A stretch of DNA of 63,126 nucleotides from an uncultured Candidatus Saccharibacteria bacterium (GCA_964634305.1 CAZWLE010000005.1:1-63126), one strand, 5' to 3'; positions 22,217-30,927 are shown, counted from the stretch's first letter. The notes: a model not told the origin generated them from the letters alone. A program made the numbers and translations.

Positions 22217-22966
22217 ATGTCAGTCCCAGCCATAGAAGTCAAAAGCGTCAAAAAGACGTACAAGAAGTCGAGTCGCAGCACGACGGAGACCCACGCCCTG
22301 AAGGGCGTTTCCCTCACCGTACCTGCCGGTGAATTCTTTGCCCTCCTTGGTCCAAACGGTGCAGGTAAGACCACACTCATCTCTATCCTTGCGGGACTGG
22401 TCCAAAAGACAGAAGGTGAGGTGCACATCAATGGGGTCTCTATCGATCAGGACCCAGATAAAGCGAAGACCTATATAGGTATCGTGCCGCAGGAGATGAA
22501 CTTCTCTATCTTTGAGAAGGTAGAAGACATCATCCTCGACCAGGCGGGGTACTACGGTATTCCACGTGCTGAGGCTCGTCCGTACTGTCACCAGCTCCTT
22601 AAAGACCTTGGCCTCTGGGAAAAGCGTCAGGAGAAGAGTCAGAACCTTTCAGGCGGTATGAAGCGTCGTCTCATGATTGCGCGAGCGCTTATTCATAAGC
22701 CAAAGATTCTGCTTCTCGATGAGCCAACCGCAGGTGTTGATGTGGAGCTTCGTCGTGGTATGTGGGAATTTCTGAAGAAACTCTCTGCAGAAGGAACCAC
22801 TATCGTGCTTACCACTCATTATCTTGAGGAGGCAGAACAGCTTTCAAATCATGTCGCGATTGTTCGTCATGGAGAAGTGGTGGAGGATTCACCGACGAAG
22901 GCACTCATTGAAAAGCATGGAAATAAGAAGCTGGAGGATATTTTCCTCGAGCTTGTCGCTGCATAA
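22217..22966 (+). CDS. ABC transporter ATP-binding protein (ABC-2 type)
   Basis: Walker A GPNGAGKTT, signature LSGGMKRR, Walker B LLLDEPT. Confidence 0.92.
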   Translation: MSVPAIEVKSVKKTYKKSSRSTTETHALKGVSLTVPAGEFFALLGPNGAGKTTLISILAGLVQKTEGEVHINGVSIDQDPDKAKTYIGIVPQEMNFSIFEKVEDIILDQAGYYGIPRAEARPYCHQLLKDLGLWEKRQEKSQNLSGGMKRRLMIARALIHKPKILLLDEPTAGVDVELRRGMWEFLKKLSAEGTTIVLTTHYLEEAEQLSNHVAIVRHGEVVEDSPTKALIEKHGNKKLEDIFLELVAA

Positions 22967-22969
22967 CGT

Positions 22970-23740
22970 ATGAAATCTCCTGCTGTCATCGGGTTCTACA
23001 CCATGGTCCGCAAGGACATCATCCGTATTTTCCGCATCTGGTCTCAGACGCTGCTTCCGCCAATCATCACAACCGCGCTCTACTTCGCTATCTTCGGCGG
23101 CTTTATTGGGAGCCAAGTGCAGGATATCGACGGCTACTCGTACATGCAGTACATCATGCCAGGTCTCGTCATGATGACGCTCATTACGAGCGCATACATG
23201 AACACGGTCTCCACCTTCTACTTTGCAAAGTTCATTAAGAACATTGAGGAACTTCTCGTATCCCCGATGCCTGCGTGGGTCATCATTGCAGGATTTGTTG
23301 CTGGTGGCGTCGTGCGTGCCTTCCTTGTGGGAACACTCGTCGTACTCACCTCACTCTTCTTTACGCATATTGAGATTGCGAACATCTTTATCGTGTTTGC
23401 CGCAGCTTTCCTTACGGCATTCTTGTTTGCGCTCGCCGGTATCGTGAATGGATTCTACGCAAAATCATTCGATGCCATTTCTATCATTCCGACGTTCGTT
23501 CTTACTCCGCTTACGTATCTTGGTGGCGTTTTCTACTCTATTGAACTCCTACCTGAACCGTGGCGAACGCTGTCGCTCTTCAATCCTATCCTGTATATGG
23601 TGAATGCATTCCGTTATGGCTTCCTCGGTGTTGCTGATACGGGGCTTTTCCTGTCGTTTGGTGTTCTCATTGGTCTGACGGTCGTCTTCTTCGCCATTAC
23701 GCTCTATCTGTTCACTAAAGGAGCAGGGTTCAAAAACTAA
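22970..23740 (+). CDS. ABC-2 type transporter permease
   Basis: Six predicted TM helices. Starts 3 nt after the ATPase gene. Confidence 0.85.
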   Translation: MKSPAVIGFYTMVRKDIIRIFRIWSQTLLPPIITTALYFAIFGGFIGSQVQDIDGYSYMQYIMPGLVMMTLITSAYMNTVSTFYFAKFIKNIEELLVSPMPAWVIIAGFVAGGVVRAFLVGTLVVLTSLFFTHIEIANIFIVFAAAFLTAFLFALAGIVNGFYAKSFDAISIIPTFVLTPLTYLGGVFYSIELLPEPWRTLSLFNPILYMVNAFRYGFLGVADTGLFLSFGVLIGLTVVFFAITLYLFTKGAGFKN

Positions 23741-23982
23741 AAGGGCACTTCTTGGCCTCCTAAGTCTTCACCAAAGTGCCATTTCCATGGCGCTATTATT
23801 GGCTCGTTTCAGGGGGTCATTGCGCACTTAAAAAACACGTGCCGCAGTCCATTATCCACATGGCAAGGATGACCCACCCGAGGGGTACAATGACCCTCCA
23901 ACGTTAGCCCGAACGGCTGCGGCGCCCACCCCTCACGGCGCTCTCCGGTCGAATTATCACGGTTCATAAATCCTTCACTGCT

Positions 23983-26853
23983 ATGCGCCAGATAAAGAAG
24001 AGGAACGGTCAGGTCGTCGATTTCGCGGAAGAAAAAATCACGAGCGCGATGCGGAATGCATTCCGCGCTATGAATGTGCCAGTCTCGGAAGACAAACTCT
24101 CCGCCATGTCGCGCGGGGTTATCGATGAATTGTGGACGTCATTCCCAGAAATGACGCCGTCGGTCGAACACGTGCAGGACCGCGTCGAGCTCGCCCTTAT
24201 GAAGGAAGGGTATCTTGAGGTCGCCAAGCACTACATCGTCTATCGCTACGAGCATACGAAGATTCGTGAGGAGAAGAAGCAGGAAATGCTCGAGAAGATT
24301 GAGGAGAGTGGGCTCAAAATCACGACGGGTGACGGCAAACTCGAGGCGTACTCCGAAAATGCGATGCGCAAGACGCTCGATAAGTTTATTGAGGAGGGAA
24401 GTGCCGTCGATGTCGACGCCATCTTGGCACAATTGAAGTACGAACTCTACGAAGGCATCAATGTCGCCGACATTCAGCGCGCACTCATCATGGTCGTACG
24501 CGCAATGATTGAGCGCGACCCTGCATACTCAAAGCTTGCATCTAAGCTTCTCCTTAATCGTATGTATGGCGAAGTGTTTGGAAAAGACTTTGACGTAAAG
24601 AATCCTGCGGAAGCACAGGCAAAAGTGTTCGCACGTAACATCAAGGCGGCGGTAGAGAAGGGCGACCTTGATGCACGCATGGCGGAGTTCGACCTCGATA
24701 AGATGGGACGCTCGCTCATCATCAAGAATGACGAGCTCTTCGAATACATGGGTCTTGAAATTATGTCGTCTCGTTACTGCATGGAGGACCCGGTAACAAA
24801 GAAGCAGCTTGAAACGCCACAGATGCTCTGGATGCGCACTGCGATGGGTCTTTCGCTTAACGAGAAGAAAGAAGACCGCGAGCGCGTCGCACTCGAGTTC
24901 TACGAAGTACTCTCTAATTTCTATTACACCCCGGGTGGCCGCACGATATTCCAGGCAGGCGCTACGAAAGCACAGCTCTCTAACTGCTTCCTTAACGTCG
25001 TTCCAGATTCCCTCGACGGTATCTTCAAGTCGTTCTCTGACAACGCCCAGTACCTTAAGTGGTCAGGTGGTACGGGTACGTCTTGGACTAAGGTTCGCGC
25101 TACGGGTGCTTTCGTGAAGGGAACGGGCGTCGGTTCTCAGGGTATTGTGCCGTTTCTCAAGATTGCGAACGACGTGAACATCGCCATCAACCGCTCAGGT
25201 AAGCGGCGTGGCGCCGGCTGTGTGTATCTTGAGAGCTGGCATCTTGATGTCGAGGACTTCCTCGAGCTCCGTAAGAACACGGGTGACGAGCGTCGTCGTA
25301 CGCACGACATCAATACCGCAAACTGGATTCCAGACCTCTTTATGAAGCGCGTGCGCGACGGCGGAGACTGGACGCTCTTTAGTCCTTCCGACACGCCGGA
25401 CCTCCCAGAAATCTACGGCGCTGCGTTCGAGAAGCGCTATGAGGAGTACGAAGCCATGGCTGACCGCGGCGAGATTAAGCTCTGGAAGCGCATGCCAGCA
25501 AGTGACCTCTGGAAGAAGATGATTGGCATGCTCTTTGAAACGGGTCACCCGTGGATTACGTGGAAGGACCCTTCCAACGTTCGCTCGCCGCAGGACCACG
25601 TAGGTGTCGTGCATAACTCAAATCTCTGCACCGAAATTACGCTCAACACGAACGACGAGGAAACAGCCGTTTGTACGATTGGTTCTCTCAACTTCGCGAA
25701 GTTCGTTGTAAATGGTGCGTTCGACCATGCCCTTGTAGAGCGCGTGACGCGTACGTCGATTCGCATGCTCGATAACGTTATCGACCTCAACTTCTACCCA
25801 ACCCCTGACGCAGAGCGCGGTAACATGCGCCATCGTCCGGTAGGTCTTGGTGTTCGTGGTTACCACGACGCACTCTACGCACTTGGTATTAACTTCGATA
25901 CCGAAGCAGCCGTGGAGTTTGCATCCGACTCTATGGAAATTGTGGCGTACTACACGATTCTCGCGTCGTCCGAACTTGCGAAGGAACGTGGTACGTATCA
26001 AACCTACAAGGGTTCTAAGTGGGACCGCGGCATCTTCCCGCAGGACACCATTGCACTCTTGGCGAAGGAGCGCGGTGAGGAGATTAACCTCGAGTACGGC
26101 GAGAAGCTTGATTGGACGCGTGTACGCGAGAGCGTCGCGAAGTACGGCATGCGTAACTCGAACACGATGGCGATTGCACCAACCGCATCGACCGCAAACC
26201 TCGTTGGCTGTATTCCATGCGTAGAACCTATCTACAAGAACATCTACGTAAAGAGCAACAAGGAAGGTGAGTTCGTCGTCGTGAACAAATACCTCATCGA
26301 AGATTTGAAGAAGCTGAATCTCTGGAACATGGGCATGCTTAATCGCATCAAGTACGCCGATGGCTCGGTCCAGGACATCCAGGAGATTCCGCTCCACCTT
26401 CGCGAGAAGTACAAGGAAGTCTTCGAGATTGACGGTCGCTGGCTCGTCAAAGCAGCTGCCGAGCGCGGTAAGTGGATTGACCAGTCTCAGTCCCTAAACA
26501 TCTTCTATAACGGTACGTCAGGTCGCGACCTCTCTGACATCTACTTCCTCGCCTGGAAGATGGGTCTCAAGACCACCTACTACCTCCGTACGCTTGGTAT
26601 GTCGGGTGTTGAGAAGGCAACGGTTTCAACCTCTGAATTCGGTTCGACCCATACGCGTAAGGACGGTGGTATCTTCTCCGCTACGATGGCATCGATTGAG
26701 ACGCCAACGGCAGAGACGGTAGTAGCAGAAGTGGTTGCTGAGGTTCCGACGCTCGCGATTCCGTCTGGTTTTAGTCCTGAAGAATGGAAAGCAAAGATGG
26801 CAAGAGTTGCTGCAGGAGAGGAAGCGGGTGTGTGCGAGAGCTGTGAGTCTTAG
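23983..26853 (+). CDS. nrdA: class I ribonucleoside-diphosphate reductase alpha subunit, two tandem ATP-cones
   Basis: ATP-cone 1: IKKRNGQVVDFAEEKI. ATP-cone 2: ITTGDGKLEAYSENAMRKTL. Active-site HNSNLCTEI. C-terminal redox tail GVCESCES. Confidence 0.95.
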   Translation: MRQIKKRNGQVVDFAEEKITSAMRNAFRAMNVPVSEDKLSAMSRGVIDELWTSFPEMTPSVEHVQDRVELALMKEGYLEVAKHYIVYRYEHTKIREEKKQEMLEKIEESGLKITTGDGKLEAYSENAMRKTLDKFIEEGSAVDVDAILAQLKYELYEGINVADIQRALIMVVRAMIERDPAYSKLASKLLLNRMYGEVFGKDFDVKNPAEAQAKVFARNIKAAVEKGDLDARMAEFDLDKMGRSLIIKNDELFEYMGLEIMSSRYCMEDPVTKKQLETPQMLWMRTAMGLSLNEKKEDRERVALEFYEVLSNFYYTPGGRTIFQAGATKAQLSNCFLNVVPDSLDGIFKSFSDNAQYLKWSGGTGTSWTKVRATGAFVKGTGVGSQGIVPFLKIANDVNIAINRSGKRRGAGCVYLESWHLDVEDFLELRKNTGDERRRTHDINTANWIPDLFMKRVRDGGDWTLFSPSDTPDLPEIYGAAFEKRYEEYEAMADRGEIKLWKRMPASDLWKKMIGMLFETGHPWITWKDPSNVRSPQDHVGVVHNSNLCTEITLNTNDEETAVCTIGSLNFAKFVVNGAFDHALVERVTRTSIRMLDNVIDLNFYPTPDAERGNMRHRPVGLGVRGYHDALYALGINFDTEAAVEFASDSMEIVAYYTILASSELAKERGTYQTYKGSKWDRGIFPQDTIALLAKERGEEINLEYGEKLDWTRVRESVAKYGMRNSNTMAIAPTASTANLVGCIPCVEPIYKNIYVKSNKEGEFVVVNKYLIEDLKKLNLWNMGMLNRIKYADGSVQDIQEIPLHLREKYKEVFEIDGRWLVKAAAERGKWIDQSQSLNIFYNGTSGRDLSDIYFLAWKMGLKTTYYLRTLGMSGVEKATVSTSEFGSTHTRKDGGIFSATMASIETPTAETVVAEVVAEVPTLAIPSGFSPEEWKAKMARVAAGEEAGVCESCES

Positions 26854-26874
26854 AGAACGTGCCCATTTAAACTC

Positions 26875-26900
26875 AGAGGCCGCCCACCGGGGCGGCCTCT
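26875..26900. terminator. hairpin between convergent nrdA and paralog P1
   Basis: agaggccgccc-accg-gggcggcctct, an 11-bp stem. Its core is nearly identical to the hairpin at 27936..27959. Confidence 0.65.
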
Positions 26901-26905
26901 TGGTT

Positions 26906-27238
26906 TTACGATGTCGCTAATCGCAGCCCTGCTTGGTTAAGGAGCGCGGTGGCATCTTGAAGCGTTGCAAGAACCGTGCTCGGTGAGCTGACTTTCAGTT
27001 GAATACGCTGAAAGATGTGACAGGGTCGCACATCAAGCACGATGACATGTTGGTTGAGGGAAAACGCGAGACGATGCTCGCATGCATTGATGTACCGAGG
27101 TGGCCCCAATGAAATTTTCTCCACCTCATCCATGCGCTCGATGAGCTCAAGAACCATGTTCGTGGTCTCTGTGGCCCTTCTCTCATTCCCGATGTACTTC
27201 CGCCCGTCTTTGGTAACGAATCGTGTCGCTTGCGGCAT
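26906..27238 (-). CDS. orphan protein P1 (110 aa), paralog of 27979..28323
   Basis: AAGGAGG Shine-Dalgarno 5 nt upstream. Shares FV..(x)G.KYIG, VLE.IE, PP, LDVR and GLRL blocks with P2. Confidence 0.6.
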   Translation of the reverse strand: MPQATRFVTKDGRKYIGNERRATETTNMVLELIERMDEVEKISLGPPRYINACEHRLAFSLNQHVIVLDVRPCHIFQRIQLKVSSPSTVLATLQDATALLNQAGLRLATS

Positions 27239-27264
27239 GACTGCCTCCTTGGGTAGATGATGTG

Positions 27265-27293
27265 AAGATACGAATTACTGTCATACATGTCAA
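27265..27293 (-). promoter_or_regulatory. candidate sigma-70-type promoter for P1
   Basis: On the minus strand: TTGACA, a 17-nt spacer, then TATCTT, about 27 nt upstream of the P1 ATG. Confidence 0.4.
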
Positions 27294-27311
27294 CGTGGAG
27301 GAATATGTATT

Positions 27312-27908
27312 TTAGGTTCTTTGAACACCTTGGCGACGAACAAGGAGGAGTGCGACCAGAAGACCATTTATGATGAGCGTCGCTGCAGAATACGTCATGG
27401 TGAGTACGTTGTATTCAAGGAGAGAAAAGAGCGTGAGTGCGGGTGCTGCGGTGTAGAGAATCCACGAAGACAATGCTTCACTCCATGGTTCGATAAACGA
27501 TTTCCTGAACGTTGGCCAATAGCCAACAATATCGATGCTGGTTGCAAGGAGAAGGGCGAGTACTGGATTGTCGAGACCAATCCAAACACCAATAGCAACG
27601 AGTGCGACGATGAGCGCTATCATGTCACTTCGTGTGATATTTCGTGTGCCGTACTTAATAGAAAGGAGCATCGTAATGAAGCTCAGTACGACACTTACTG
27701 CAATCCCTATTGAAAGAACGAGTCCACCTCCGCCAGTCCAAATACTGAGATTTGCAATACCAAGAGTGAGCGTCCAAATGAGCCACGTAAAGACATGAGG
27801 TTTAGTGGTTCCTTTATAGATGCCATAGAAGTACGGAATGAATCCAATGATACCGAGTGCAGGTGAGACGACGGCTGCGACGAGTTTCCAATCTATCGTT
27901 TCCAACAT
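27312..27908 (-). CDS. 7-TM membrane protein with internal 3+1+3 repeat (carrier-like)
   Basis: TM1-3 and TM5-7 are related: GFIPYFYGIYKGTTKPHVFTWLIW vs DIVGYWPTFRKSFIEPWSEALSSWILY. Confidence 0.6.
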   Translation of the reverse strand: MLETIDWKLVAAVVSPALGIIGFIPYFYGIYKGTTKPHVFTWLIWTLTLGIANLSIWTGGGGLVLSIGIAVSVVLSFITMLLSIKYGTRNITRSDMIALIVALVAIGVWIGLDNPVLALLLATSIDIVGYWPTFRKSFIEPWSEALSSWILYTAAPALTLFSLLEYNVLTMTYSAATLIINGLLVALLLVRRQGVQRT

Positions 27909-27935
27909 ACCGATGAGTATACCGCTGTATACACG

Positions 27936-27959
27936 AAGGCCGCCCGGGTGGGCGGCCTT
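27936..27959. terminator. hairpin downstream of paralog P2
   Basis: aaggccgccc-gggt-gggcggcctt, a 10-bp stem with no clear U-tract. Confidence 0.5.
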
Positions 27960-27978
27960 AGCGCAGATGCGCCTATGC

Positions 27979-28323
27979 TCATGATTCGCACATGAGCCTC
28001 AGACCAAGGTTCCGCAAGCGAAACGCACCCTGCTCGAGCTGTGTGGCGATGGCGCTTGAGTTAGCACTGAGAAGGTGAATCCCTTGCCAGCGGCCACGCC
28101 CGCGTACGTCGAGTTCGAGCACGTCGTCCTCGCGAATCCGGTAACCGAGGAAACCTCCGGTGCTTTGGTATTGGCAGGTCGGAGGCAGAAGCAGGATGTC
28201 CCGGACGACCTCCCAGTGCTCGATTATCTCGAGCACCTGGCGGGCTTCAGGAATGACTTCTTGGTCTGTGCCAATGTACTTACCACCATGTCGTTGCACA
28301 AACGCCACTGCTGTAAGAGCCAT
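27979..28323 (-). CDS. orphan protein P2 (114 aa), paralog of 26906..27238
   Basis: AGGGAGA lies upstream of the ATG. Conserved blocks are shared with P1. Confidence 0.6.
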   Translation of the reverse strand: MALTAVAFVQRHGGKYIGTDQEVIPEARQVLEIIEHWEVVRDILLLPPTCQYQSTGGFLGYRIREDDVLELDVRGRGRWQGIHLLSANSSAIATQLEQGAFRLRNLGLRLMCES

Positions 28324-28403
28324 GACGGTCTCTCCCTATTTGTGGTATGCGGCGAAGCCTACGCCTGTTGCAGACAGTGTCAACGCGAGTGCAGGGTATA
28401 CTG

Positions 28404-29174
28404 ATGCCCATGTTAGAAACCGCTATAGAGACCGCCAAGGCCGCCGGTGCCGTACTCGCGAACTATTTTGAGATGACGGGCCTTGAGCGCGAACTTAAGG
28501 ACGATAAGTCTTTCGTTACCAAAGCAGACAAGGAAGCTGAAGCAATTATCGTCGGCAGCATCACACGCCACTATCCTGACCATGGGATTCTCGGGGAAGA
28601 AGGTGCAGACGTGAATCCTGAAGCTGAGTATCAGTGGGTCATCGACCCGCTAGACGGCACCTCGAACTTTGTAAACGGAATTCCGATTTTCGCCGTCTCC
28701 ATAGGCATCTTGCATCAAGGGAAGCCATTCATAGGGGTCGTCTATAACCCCATCACCGAGTCGTTGTATGCGGCAGAAAAAGGTAAGGGTGCGACGTACA
28801 ACGGAAAGTCGATAGCTGTATCGGCTCAAGCAGCAGGAGACGGCATAGTGACCTTTGGGCCAGGAAGGAAGGAAAGCGCTCGCTTCCTAAAGCTGTTTGT
28901 TACTGCGAAAGAAACGCATTTCAAATCAGTACGATTTCTTGGTTCAACAGCGCTCGAGCTTGCGTATGTAGCCCGCGGCGGCACGGAAGCGTTCGTGTGT
29001 ATCGGTCTGTCTCTATGGGATTTCGCAGCAGGAAAACTTCTAGTAACCGAAGCAGGAGGTATGGTGACGGACTACGACGGCAATGAAGCGGACGTAAAAG
29101 AAAACTATTTCATAGCCTCAAATGGAGCGGCACATCAGAACGCGCTCAACCTCGTAAAATCGGTTCCGTCATAA
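28404..29174 (+). CDS. inositol monophosphatase family (SuhB/CysQ-like) phosphatase
   Basis: GEEG and WVIDPLDGTSNF motifs. I preferred the ATG at 28404 (MPMLETAIETAK). Confidence 0.88.
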   Translation: MPMLETAIETAKAAGAVLANYFEMTGLERELKDDKSFVTKADKEAEAIIVGSITRHYPDHGILGEEGADVNPEAEYQWVIDPLDGTSNFVNGIPIFAVSIGILHQGKPFIGVVYNPITESLYAAEKGKGATYNGKSIAVSAQAAGDGIVTFGPGRKESARFLKLFVTAKETHFKSVRFLGSTALELAYVARGGTEAFVCIGLSLWDFAAGKLLVTEAGGMVTDYDGNEADVKENYFIASNGAAHQNALNLVKSVPS

Positions 29175-29224
29175 CGCAAAGTCGCCGCGCTTTTCAGCGC
29201 AGCGACAAAGAGAAGAGCTGGCGG

Positions 29225-29659
29225 CTAGGCCGGCTGTAGCACGAGCTGGTCATGCCAGCGTGTGAACAACACAAAGGTGCTTGCCGAGCCGAGACTCAGC
29301 ATCACCAAAGCCGACCAGAACTCCCACGGATACACCGTGGAGTTCTGCACCGCGCTCGTCCAGAGCGCAATGGCGACGAGAAGCCCGCTGCCCGCTGGCG
29401 CCGTGAGGGGCGTCATGAGCAGAAGGATGTCTTCTTGCGCGACGGATTTTGGTGGTTGCTTAAGAACCCGCCTGAGCCGCGTGAGCAACCCGAGACAAAG
29501 CCATGCAGCCCACATGAGGAGTAGCGTGAGCATCGCTGAGCTCGGCGCTCTCTGAATCGATGTCAGGACGTCCGGGAAGGGCGCACGACACACAATACTG
29601 AGCGTGACGAGAAACGACACAAACGCGAAGAACCCATTTATGAGAGTGTTAATCGTCAT
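29225..29659 (-). CDS. membrane protein (144 aa, about 4 TM)
   Basis: Hydrophobic ORF with no recognisable motif. Confidence 0.45.
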   Translation of the reverse strand: MTINTLINGFFAFVSFLVTLSIVCRAPFPDVLTSIQRAPSSAMLTLLLMWAAWLCLGLLTRLRRVLKQPPKSVAQEDILLLMTPLTAPAGSGLLVAIALWTSAVQNSTVYPWEFWSALVMLSLGSASTFVLFTRWHDQLVLQPA

Positions 29660-29892
29660 CCTTATTACCCCTGTCCTGTGTCTTTCGACACATCAGAAGT
29701 ATTATAACAAAATAATATATATAGTCAAATTCATAAGGCTGAAATAGCTTGTAAATACAAGCTCTAAAACCGACTGATGCGATGTGTTGAAATGCACTCT
29801 CCCCAGTTTGCGTGTATCGCGCAGGGAGGGGACAATACTAGTCCCAAACCGAGACGTTACGACTCTCAATTATTGAATAACCCTTCCCGCGT

Positions 29893-30927
29893 ATGCCTAT
29901 CAACCAAGGAGCTCCGACCGTCGATATCAATAAGCGTCGCATTATTAATGGCGGTGATGCTGACGTGATGCAGCTCTACCCAATGCGTCACACCTTTGCA
30001 TGGGATGCGTACATGGCTGGTAACGCAAATCACTGGCTGCCTACCGAAATCTCGATGCAACGTGACATCGAACAGTGGAAGAGCAAAGAAGTTCTTTCTG
30101 CTGATGAGCGCAGGGCGTTTGAAACCGTGCTCGGATTCTTCACGACCGCAGACTCCATAGCGGCAAATAATGTGGTGCTTGCGCTCTACCGTCATATCAC
30201 GAGCCCTGAGTGTCGTATGTACCTCCTTCGCCAGGGCTACGAAGAGGCAATTCACACCCATGCGTACCAGTACATTGTGGAGTCGCTCCAGATGGATGAG
30301 TCGAAAATCTTCAACATGTACCGTGAGATTGACGCCATCTACCAGAAGGACAACATGGTCCTCTCACTAAACGAAGGAATCTTTGACCCGGCATACAAGA
30401 CGGGCACGCTTGAGAATGACCAGAAGTTTGTAGAGAACCTCTGTGTGTTCTCGCTCATCATGGAAGGCATCTTCTTCTACTCATCATTCGCCGTCGTCTT
30501 TGGTTTCCAGCGCCAGAATAAGCTCACGGGTTCTGCTGAACAGATTCAGTACATCATGCGCGATGAGTCGCAGCACCTTAACTTCGGCGTGAACATGATT
30601 AACGCTATTAAGGAGGAGCAGCCAGAAGTATGGACGAAGGCATTCCAGGACCACATCGTTGACCTGGTGCGTCGCGCGGTAAACCTTGAATACACCTTCG
30701 CTACGACCGTGTTCCCGAAAGGTATCTTCGGTATGAATGCTGATGGCTTTAAGCAGTACATCGAGCACATTGCTGACCGTCGTCTCGAGCGCGTAGGTCT
30801 TCCAGCGCAGTATCACGTTCAGAACCCATTTACCTGGATGAGCGAAGCCGTGGACCTTAACAAGGAGAAGAACTTCTTCGAAACCCGCGTTACCGAGTAC
30901 AAAACCGGTGGTCAGTTGAGCTGGTAG
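29893..30927 (+). CDS. nrdB: class Ia ribonucleoside-diphosphate reductase beta subunit
   Basis: Di-iron ligands and radical Tyr: TTADSI (Asp), EEAIHTHAYQY (ExxH + Y), IMEGIFFYSSF (Glu), RDESQH (ExxH). Confidence 0.93.
   Translation: MPINQGAPTVDINKRRIINGGDADVMQLYPMRHTFAWDAYMAGNANHWLPTEISMQRDIEQWKSKEVLSADERRAFETVLGFFTTADSIAANNVVLALYRHITSPECRMYLLRQGYEEAIHTHAYQYIVESLQMDESKIFNMYREIDAIYQKDNMVLSLNEGIFDPAYKTGTLENDQKFVENLCVFSLIMEGIFFYSSFAVVFGFQRQNKLTGSAEQIQYIMRDESQHLNFGVNMINAIKEEQPEVWTKAFQDHIVDLVRRAVNLEYTFATTVFPKGIFGMNADGFKQYIEHIADRRLERVGLPAQYHVQNPFTWMSEAVDLNKEKNFFETRVTEYKTGGQLSW

Noticed and set aside
23741-23982. Cobalamin riboswitch or NrdR boxes upstream of nrdA. Purine or ZTP riboswitch upstream of purL (34546..34883).
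   Set aside because: I could not find the B12-box/GCCACUG core, the 16-bp NrdR palindrome pair, the purine-riboswitch three-way junction consensus or the ZTP pfl core. This was done by eye only and needs an Rfam scan to be definitive.
29701-29725. AT-rich ataacaaaataatatatatagtc upstream of nrdB as an NrdR box.
   Set aside because: It is not palindromic, it fits the remembered acaCwAtATaTwGtgt consensus poorly, and there is no second box at the expected spacing.
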